From Syntrophorhabdaceae bacterium (GTDB taxonomy: Bacteria; Desulfobacterota; Syntrophorhabdia; Syntrophorhabdales; Syntrophorhabdaceae): a DNA stretch of 64,000 nt. Below the pieces are notes generated by a model. The model was not told the DNA's origin and made no database searches. It worked only from the letters and a program-made list of their open reading frames with translations. Of the stretch, positions 57,095 through 64,000 are shown one piece after another. Position 1 is the stretch's first letter. Each line of letters begins with the position of its first letter. The position numbers and the translations under genes are program-made. The stretch lies in assembly GCA_963665295.1 (NCBI GenBank), contig OY762209.1, positions 5,088,001 to 5,152,000 on the forward strand, in the 5' to 3' direction.

Positions 57095-58693
57095 CTATTT
57101 GTAGATGCCGCATCCCATGGTGAACCCGCCCGCACGCACGCAATAGGTGGATTTCTGAAGTACCTCGCCTGTTGCGGGGTTAATCCATTTGTAGTCAACC
57201 CAGCCGCTGCCCTTGGTCTTTCCCGTATTTATGACCTCGCGGATAAAGAATTTTCCGTCCACGTCCTTTAAGTCCGACATGTTCTTTCCCACAAGGTCTC
57301 TGTTCTGCCCATGGGCCTTTGTAATACCGGAATCGTCGTTGACGAAGATATAAAGACTCCCTTTTGTGAACATGCCTTTCGGATTGTTGAACTCTCTGAG
57401 CGCCCTTTCACTGCCGTGAGTCTTCAAATATTCAGCCGCCTTCTTCACAAGCTCCATCGCTTCCTCCGGACTGCCCGAAGATTGAAGACCCTTCCTGTTC
57501 TGCAGTTTGAATTCCGCCATGAGCCTGTTGAGGTTTATGGAGAGGTCCGCCACCTGAGAAGACGCGTTGCCGTTATCCTGTATGTTTTTGGAGGCATAGC
57601 CCATGATTTCGGATATCCTCTGTATGTTGCCCGTTATTTCATTCGTTGTCGTGGTTTGCTGTTCCGATGCGACCGCGATCTGGTTGATCTGGGCAGCAAG
57701 GGTGTTTACCTGGCGAAGGATTTCCTTCAGGGTATTGCCCGATTTCTCCGTTTCCTCCGCGCCTGCCTGGACTTCTCTCACTCCGTCTTCCATGGAAGAG
57801 ACTGCGGTCCTCGTTTCCGACTGCATGGCCTGGATGGTAACGCCGATGTTCTTCGTCGCCCCCGCTGTGCGCTCCGCGAGTTTCCTCACCTCATCCGCCA
57901 CGACCGCGAACCCCCTGCCGTGCTCGCCGGCGCGGGCCGCCTCTATGGCCGCGTTCAAGGCCAGCAGGTTCGTTTGGTCCGCTATTTCATTGATTATCAG
58001 GGCTATCTCGCCCACCTGATCCGACCTCTCTCCAAGGCTCTTTATCTTTTCCGCCGACTCCTTCACGCGCTCGCCGATCCTGCCCATGGCGGCCATGATC
58101 CCCTGAATGACACTCTCCCCTTCAACGGCGGACCTGCTTGCCAGTTCCGAACTCTTGGCTGCCACCGCGCAGTTCCGGGCTATCTCCACAGAGGTGGAGG
58201 CCATTTCCTCGCTCGCGGAAGCCACCGAGGTTACCTCGGATACGATCGCTCCCGCCCCCCGGGTCATCTCCCCCGCAGTCGCGTCAAGGGTATTCGACGC
58301 AAAGGATATCTTGCTGCTGCTCTCGACCACCTGACCCAGGGTATTCGTCAGAGTATCCAGAAACCCGTTAAAGCAGACGCCCAGTTCCCCGAGCCTCCCT
58401 CCGGAGACGGCCTTCATCCGCCTCGCAAGGTTTCCCCCGGATACGTCCTTCACCGCTTCCACCGCTTCGTCGAGGGATGAGGCCACGTTCCTTATCATAT
58501 ACAGGGCCACCCCAAGGGATACCGCGACCATGGCGAGCACCATAACGACGGTAACGGCAATGCCCGCCCACGACGCGTCTTTTGCAAGCCCGAAGAGGGA
58601 AACCAGGGCAAAGACAACCAGAAACCCTGCCGAGACAAAGGACGGTATCAACAGTTTTGCAGTGATTGAAAGACCTGTGGTGTTACGTTCCAT
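57095..58693 (-). CDS. Methyl-accepting chemotaxis protein with a C-terminal single-Cache-like domain
   Basis: Two adjacent TM helices, [45 protein letters not shown]-terminal LYIFV...AHG...LVGKN...DVDGKFFI...GWVDYKW.NP. Confidence 0.9.
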   Translation of the reverse strand: MERNTTGLSITAKLLIPSFVSAGFLVVFALVSLFGLAKDASWAGIAVTVVMVLAMVAVSLGVALYMIRNVASSLDEAVEAVKDVSGGNLARRMKAVSGGRLGELGVCFNGFLDTLTNTLGQVVESSSKISFASNTLDATAGEMTRGAGAIVSEVTSVASASEEMASTSVEIARNCAVAAKSSELASRSAVEGESVIQGIMAAMGRIGERVKESAEKIKSLGERSDQVGEIALIINEIADQTNLLALNAAIEAARAGEHGRGFAVVADEVRKLAERTAGATKNIGVTIQAMQSETRTAVSSMEDGVREVQAGAEETEKSGNTLKEILRQVNTLAAQINQIAVASEQQTTTTNEITGNIQRISEIMGYASKNIQDNGNASSQVADLSINLNRLMAEFKLQNRKGLQSSGSPEEAMELVKKAAEYLKTHGSERALREFNNPKGMFTKGSLYIFVNDDSGITKAHGQNRDLVGKNMSDLKDVDGKFFIREVINTGKTKGSGWVDYKWINPATGEVLQKSTYCVRAGGFTMGCGIYK

Positions 58694-58860
58694 AATTCCA
58701 CTCCCCCGTGCTGATTACACTTCTGTCGGTATTGGACTGTTATGGTTATCGGCGAACAGGTCGATCCCTTAAATCGGTCAGGCTATCGAGCATGACCCGC
58801 GAGGGAATTTGTGTTTCGGAATTGAAGGGCGACGCGCCACGGGGCGTGGGGCGGAAATGA

Positions 58861-59517
58861 TTATTTGCCTCTGCGGAAGCGCCTTATCTCGTCCCTGTGT
58901 TTCTCCGCGCACTCCGGACAGAGGCCATGACTGAAGACCGCGTCGGTACGCTCGCTGATATAGGCTTCCAACTGGTTCCAGTAGCCCTCATCATCCCGGA
59001 TCTTCTTGCACCATGCGCAGATAGGTATAAACCCTTTCAGCGTTTTGATCTCCGCAAGAGCGGCCTGAAGCTCCAGAATCAGTTTCTCCTGCTGCTTCTC
59101 CTTCTCCCGGAGGGCATCTTCGGCCCGTTTGATCCGCTCCATGGCTTGAACCCTTGCAACAAGTTCCTTGTTGGAGATCGGTTTTACTATATAGCCGTCC
59201 GCCCCCGTACTCAACCCTTTTGCCTGGTATTCGGAGGAGACCTGTATCCCGGAAACCAGGATTATGAAGGTGCCCTGGAGGTTCGGATCAGCCTTTATCA
59301 CTTTGCAGATTTTACCGCCGGGCATATCGGGAAGCATCACATCGAGAAGGATCAGGCCCGGATGGTGGGCCCGCGCCTTTTCAAGACATTCTTTCCCCGT
59401 CGTGGCCTGAAGCACCTCGTATCCCGCTCTTTTCAGCACCAAGGTCGTAACGAGGAGCACATCCGGGTCGTCATCGGTCACGAGTATTTTGATTCCGCCC
59501 GTTATCTCTTTGTCCAT
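58861..59517 (-). CDS. Response regulator with a C-terminal Cys/His-rich domain
   Basis: ILVTDDD, LLDVMLPD, YIVKP; C-terminal IPICAWCKKIRD...FSHGLCPEC. Confidence 0.88.
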   Translation of the reverse strand: MDKEITGGIKILVTDDDPDVLLVTTLVLKRAGYEVLQATTGKECLEKARAHHPGLILLDVMLPDMPGGKICKVIKADPNLQGTFIILVSGIQVSSEYQAKGLSTGADGYIVKPISNKELVARVQAMERIKRAEDALREKEKQQEKLILELQAALAEIKTLKGFIPICAWCKKIRDDEGYWNQLEAYISERTDAVFSHGLCPECAEKHRDEIRRFRRGK

Positions 59518-59806
59518 GCCTCTCCCGACAGGCCTCGAAGGACCTGCACCGGGACTTTCCGTCCGGGGAGCACCAACCGTCAAAAGACAGTGGGTGCCCG
59601 GATGTCCGTCCCGAAGTCATCACGATATGTAATATTAACTATAGTCGGGAAACCGCGCGGCGTCAACCGTCAAGACCGGATAATGGGGAAGAACTTTGTG
59701 CCCCGGCCGTCAACCGGTCCCGGAAGCACCTTCAAAATGAGCCTATGGAAACGGCCCGACCCGTCTCAGGTATCCTGCGGCCTGTCGGGCTTCCCTTCGG
59801 GGAGTG

Positions 59807-60049
59807 CTAATTCAAAATGTGGTAATGCGCCTCGATCCGTTGTTTACATACGGGACACATGGGTTCGATCAGGGTAAACTTCTTCCCGAATACATCTACT
59901 TCCCGGAAAAAGACCCCGGGCGCCTCGGAGAGTTCCTTTGCGGTGAATATCTTGCCGCACTCACACTTCGGGTTCTCCTGCCGCACCATCGATCCCTTGA
60001 ATACATCGTCCACATACGTATCGACCAGGTGTTTCTCTTCTCTTGTCAT
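59807..60049 (-). CDS. Small putative zinc-ribbon protein (80 aa)
   Basis: CECG and CPVC pairs; consensus-like promoter immediately upstream. Confidence 0.72.
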   Translation of the reverse strand: MTREEKHLVDTYVDDVFKGSMVRQENPKCECGKIFTAKELSEAPGVFFREVDVFGKKFTLIEPMCPVCKQRIEAHYHILN

Positions 60050-60055
60050 GTATTA

Positions 60056-60084
60056 ATTATAATACAGTTTCGGCAATCCTGCAA
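60056..60084 (-). promoter_or_regulatory. Putative sigma70 promoter directly ahead of the ATG (leaderless geometry)
   Basis: Minus strand TTGCAG-N17-TATAAT-N6-ATG. Confidence 0.6.
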
Positions 60085-60181
60085 CCCCGTCCGGACGGAA
60101 GCGCGCCGACCCGGGGTCTGCAAAAAAGGCAGGGCGTTTCCGTCCTGCCTTCCGGTATTTCATGGCGGGATGCACCCTGTC

Positions 60182-62572
60182 CTACTTCCCTTTCCCTTTC
60201 ACCGTCACAGTGGCCACCGGCTGTTTCTTCAGGTCCGGATCGTTGGAGGTAATGTCAAGGTAATCGATAACCTGAATCGTGTCGCTTGGGGTAAAGGTTA
60301 CCGGGACGTCGCAGTAGGCGTTCTTCACCAGCGTTCCGCATGCGCTCCAGTCCCCCAATTGAAGGGTCGGGCTCGAATTCCTCATTACTATGTTGCTGAT
60401 GAGGAGGTCCGAGGTCCCCGTGTTCTTTATGCGCACTGTCTTTGTGGGAGGCGTTATTGCCACTATCTTCACGGTGCCGAAATTGAGAGTGGAGGGCGCA
60501 GATATCTTGGGCGGCGCAAACTTGGCGGTAAGCTTCACCGTTTTCGGGGATTTCGGATCGTCCGACTCAATCACGATGAGCCCGGTCCTGGCGCCCCACG
60601 AGTCGGCGCTTGCAGGGGCAGGGATCACCGTTATCGTGCAGGTCTCATTCTTCGCAAGGGTCGTGACGCAACTGGTGTCCGTGATCTCAAATTCCGCGGA
60701 GACAGGGTCCAGGGTCCCGGAACCTATGGTCCCGCCGCTTACGGCTCCGGAGCTTATGATCGCAGAGCTTATGGTCAGGTGCGAGTTACCCGTGTTCTTT
60801 ACCGTCACTATCTTCGAAGCGGGATTCGATATGTTCACGTTTCCGAAGTTGACCGACGAAGGAGAGGCAAAAACCTTGGGCGGAGTATTGAACGTGGCAG
60901 TCACGGTCGTCGCCGAATTCACGGTCATGTGGCACACATTGCCGTCAGGGGAGGTGCAGTTGGTCCATCCGTCGAAGAAGGAGCCGGAATTCGCCGTGGC
61001 CGTTATGTCCACGGAGGTTCCCGCCGTATAGGTGCCTGTGCAGGTCTTCGTCTTCGTGGAGCACACGAGGCCGGTCGCGGAAACGACGCCTTTCTTGTTC
61101 CCTGCGAGCACGACGGTGAGTTGTACATTATTCCCGAGGGCGTTGAAGGCCTCATACACGTTAATCCTTTTCTTGGTGACCGAAGGGCATTTGCCTGCAT
61201 CGGTAACGCTCGTCCCTGTTGACGTAAAGGCGTCGAGGATATCGGTCACCGAGGTGGTGGGGTGGTTCTGCTTCATCAGAGCCCATGCGCCTGCCACGTG
61301 GGGCGTCGCCATGGACGTACCATTCCATTCCGCATAAGTATCTCCGGGGACCGACGATACGATGCTGACCCCAGGTGCGAAAAGGCTCAGGAATGAGGCG
61401 CTGTTGCTGAAGCTCGCCACATTGTCGCCACTGTCGGTGGCTCCTACGCTCACTGCGGTGGAGATACAGGCGGGATAGCTGATGTAGCCACAAAGATGGT
61501 CGTTTCCACTCGCTATGGCCGAGGCGATTCCGGCAGCCCTGAGGAGGTCGATGATCGGTTTTCTGGAGTCCGTGTCACAATTCGTGGCTGACGATCCTCC
61601 CCCAAGGCTCATGTTAAGGGAAGCAATTGTGTAGGTGCCTCTCAGGTCGTAGACCCTCTCCAGACCTTTCATCTGGTCCGAACTGAATGTCTTGGCGCAG
61701 GGCGATGTGGCCCCGGACCCGCACTCACCGACGGGAAAAACTGAAAATACCTGGATGGCGATGATACTCGCCTCAGGAGCCACGCCGGGTCCCGGACTCC
61801 CGCCGCCTACTCCGGCGCGGCCCGCGACAGTGCCTGACACGTGGGTTCCGTGGTCACACTCGCCTTCCGGGCATACACCCGACGTGTAGGGCATGGCCGA
61901 ACCTGCGGCTGTGGATTCGGTCACTCCCCCGGGGCATATTGAGGTGGAACTGTAAGTCGGGTCATTGCTGGAATAACACGCCTCCGAAACCACTGCACCG
62001 CTCAAGTAAGGATGGGTCTTGTCTACTCCCGTATCGAGAACCGCCACGGCAATACCGCTGCCGGTGACGCCGATATTCTGCAGGTCGGAGGCGCCGATCA
62101 GAGATACATCCCAGGGGATGGCTTCGATCGCCTTATCAGGGACGTCCTCCTGGATGTTCAGAACATTCGATGAGGCGATGAGTTTATTGAGGGACGCACT
62201 GTCCAATGTCATGGCGAGATAAGGTACGTACTTGAATTTATAGTGAGAAGCAGGCTTCAGACCGGCGCTTTGAAGCTCCGAGACGACTTTGTCCTGGGCA
62301 GACACAATCGCCGTGCGCTGCGCCTCGAATGCGGTCTTCGAGAGGACCGCTTCCGGAGAGAACGGCGCGTTGGCGCCGACAATCACCTTTACTCCGCCGG
62401 GTCTCTGAGCCTTTGTTGCAAGAGAGCTGTACCCACCCGGACTGGTTACCTTTGCCGGCCCGCCAACCTGTACTCCGGCTGCCTGCGCGGGGCCGATGAC
62501 CATCATCGCCACTGCGACGAACGCCCATGACAGCAACACGGCATGCACGGACTTGAAGACTCGACTGACCAT
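60182..62572 (-). CDS. Secreted S8 (subtilisin-like) serine peptidase with a choice-of-anchor-D-like C-terminus
   Basis: Triad motifs VAVLDTG, HGTHVSG, GTSMATPHVAG; signal peptide and propeptide; ends SNDPD...KGKGK. Confidence 0.92.
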   Translation of the reverse strand: MVSRVFKSVHAVLLSWAFVAVAMMVIGPAQAAGVQVGGPAKVTSPGGYSSLATKAQRPGGVKVIVGANAPFSPEAVLSKTAFEAQRTAIVSAQDKVVSELQSAGLKPASHYKFKYVPYLAMTLDSASLNKLIASSNVLNIQEDVPDKAIEAIPWDVSLIGASDLQNIGVTGSGIAVAVLDTGVDKTHPYLSGAVVSEACYSSNDPTYSSTSICPGGVTESTAAGSAMPYTSGVCPEGECDHGTHVSGTVAGRAGVGGGSPGPGVAPEASIIAIQVFSVFPVGECGSGATSPCAKTFSSDQMKGLERVYDLRGTYTIASLNMSLGGGSSATNCDTDSRKPIIDLLRAAGIASAIASGNDHLCGYISYPACISTAVSVGATDSGDNVASFSNSASFLSLFAPGVSIVSSVPGDTYAEWNGTSMATPHVAGAWALMKQNHPTTSVTDILDAFTSTGTSVTDAGKCPSVTKKRINVYEAFNALGNNVQLTVVLAGNKKGVVSATGLVCSTKTKTCTGTYTAGTSVDITATANSGSFFDGWTNCTSPDGNVCHMTVNSATTVTATFNTPPKVFASPSSVNFGNVNISNPASKIVTVKNTGNSHLTISSAIISSGAVSGGTIGSGTLDPVSAEFEITDTSCVTTLAKNETCTITVIPAPASADSWGARTGLIVIESDDPKSPKTVKLTAKFAPPKISAPSTLNFGTVKIVAITPPTKTVRIKNTGTSDLLISNIVMRNSSPTLQLGDWSACGTLVKNAYCDVPVTFTPSDTIQVIDYLDITSNDPDLKKQPVATVTVKGKGK

Positions 62573-62842
62573 AATTCCTCCTTACCCTATCCTTATTCTG
62601 TAACCATTTTCCCGGTTCGCGAGCTTCAAAGGGCGCCTCCGCCAAAGAGATATCCCACCGATCCTCTCTGTCTACAGTATTAAACTACAACATTCCCCCC
62701 TGCTTTTGTCAAGATCACGTCCGGAGTCTATTGCAAGAGTAAGGCAATCCCCGCAGCAGGTATGTGACCGCCGTCACGGTTGATTTAAAATAGTAGGAAA
62801 AACCTTACATCACGGCACCCCTTTATGATAGAGACGGGACCC

Positions 62843-62887
62843 TTGACTTCCTTTCTCGATTGTTATAGTTTATTTATAATGAAACTA
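62843..62887 (+). promoter_or_regulatory. Putative promoter with an overlapping imperfect palindrome (candidate ArsR operator)
   Basis: TTGACT at 62843; TGtTATAGT/TAGTTT -10 region; palindrome TAGTTTATTTATAATGAAACTA at 62866-62887. Confidence 0.5.
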
Positions 62888-62912
62888 CTTAACTACTAAA
62901 CAGGAGTCTATC

Positions 62913-63269
62913 ATGCCACGTGTGGATGAAAAGATCTTTGAACTTCAGGCCGGTATTTGCGGGACCCTGGCCAATCCGAAACGGCTTAAGATACTACATC
63001 TCCTTAAGGACGGCGAGATGGCCGTCTCGGACATGGTGCGGGCCATGGGGATAAGCAAGGCAAACCTGTCCCAGCATCTGGCCCTCCTGAAGCAGGCGGG
63101 GATTCTTTCGGCGAGAAGGGAGGGGCTTGCCATATATTACAGACTTGCCTTGCCGAGGATCACGGAAGCGTGCGGCATAATGAGGGAAGTGCTCCTCGAT
63201 GCGCTGCGCGAAAGAGAGGGGTTGGCGAAAGCCATTCTCGGGAATGAGGTGTCGGATGAGAAAGACTGA
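62913..63269 (+). CDS. ArsR/SmtB family transcriptional regulator
   Basis: LANPKRLKILHLL, SKANLSQHLALLKQAGIL..RREG..IYYRL. Confidence 0.93.
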   Translation: MPRVDEKIFELQAGICGTLANPKRLKILHLLKDGEMAVSDMVRAMGISKANLSQHLALLKQAGILSARREGLAIYYRLALPRITEACGIMREVLLDALREREGLAKAILGNEVSDEKD

Positions 63270-63951
63270 AGAATACGGAACAGGCGGGGCCGGAAAAGGA
63301 AGACTTTCAAGGGCCGGGAAGATAAGAAGGGCGAAGCAGGTGATTATGGGGGCCCTATTCCTCGCACTCCTCGCAGGGGGCTGGTTCTTTCCCTTTGTGG
63401 GCTATTTTATCCCCCTTTGCATGATTGCGGGCACAGGGATTGCCCTCTTCAGGGGGCGGAAGTGGTGTAACTGGTTCTGTCCGAGAGGCTCCTTTGCGGA
63501 TTCCTGGATGGCGAAGGTGAGCCCCGGGAGCCGGGTGCCGGACATATTCAAGGGCACGGGACTCAGGGTGGGCGTAATGGCCTTTCTCATGATTATGCTC
63601 ACATACCGGATAGGGGGACTCTGGCCGGATCTCGAGGCCGTGGGGCGGTTCTTCGTGACCCTCCTCACCATCACTACCATGGCCGGAGTGGTCCTCTCTA
63701 TGGTCTTCCATCAGCGAACGTGGTGCTATATATGTCCCATCGGGTCTCTTTCCCGGTGGGCAGGCAATGACAGGCATCCCCTTTCCCTGAAGGCGGACCG
63801 GTGCGTCGCGTGCAAGGTCTGCGGAAACCCCTGCCCCATGCAGCTCGCGCCTTACGAACTGAAAGCGGGGGCCATGCCCGGCCGGGCTGATTGCCTCAAG
63901 TGCGGCCTCTGCATAGCGGTCTGTCCCAAGGACGCGCTCCGCTTCAGCTAA
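63256..63951 (+). CDS. Membrane-bound 4Fe-4S binding protein (NapH/YccM-like)
   Basis: WCNWFCP, WCYICPIG, CVACKVCGNPCP, CLKCGLCIAVCP, plus TM helices. Confidence 0.88.
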   Translation: MRKTEEYGTGGAGKGRLSRAGKIRRAKQVIMGALFLALLAGGWFFPFVGYFIPLCMIAGTGIALFRGRKWCNWFCPRGSFADSWMAKVSPGSRVPDIFKGTGLRVGVMAFLMIMLTYRIGGLWPDLEAVGRFFVTLLTITTMAGVVLSMVFHQRTWCYICPIGSLSRWAGNDRHPLSLKADRCVACKVCGNPCPMQLAPYELKAGAMPGRADCLKCGLCIAVCPKDALRFS

Positions 63952-64000
63952 GGAACGGCGCTTTTCTTATTCGATAAAGGGCTCGCCGAAGCCGTTCAGG

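Overview
Bacterial chromosomal window with high GC. Gene content suggests an anaerobic Desulfobacterota/Syntrophorhabdus-like organism; this is inference only. Housekeeping blocks are xerC-hslV-hslU, a mobA/rimI fusion with pyrK-pyrD-recJ, thiD(+ThiN-like)-thiC-xseA, nadC-nadA-nadB and a MacAB-like exporter. An accessory stretch (~2.7-28 kb) carries several notable elements. (1) A SynChlorMet-type RiPP cassette: two radical SAM/SPASM enzymes, two PqqD/RRE proteins, an HprK-like kinase fused to an S26-type peptidase, and a divergently transcribed 66-aa precursor with three C-[S/T]-x-G motifs. A 98-bp degenerate direct repeat brackets the cassette. (2) Two paralogous secreted metallophosphoesterases. 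(3) Large secreted repeat proteins. (4) A hybrid histidine kinase flanked by two copies of a ~230-bp element whose 139-nt hairpin shows four compensatory base-pair changes. Five unrelated secreted proteins across the window end in the same Ig-like/choice-of-anchor-D-like module. There are several unusual domain fusions (BMP-Cache, MCP with C-terminal Cache, GYF_2-REC, MobA-RimI) and gene relics. I recognised no rRNA, tRNA, CRISPR array, transposase or reverse transcriptase. All family calls come from recognising motifs by eye; no searches were run.
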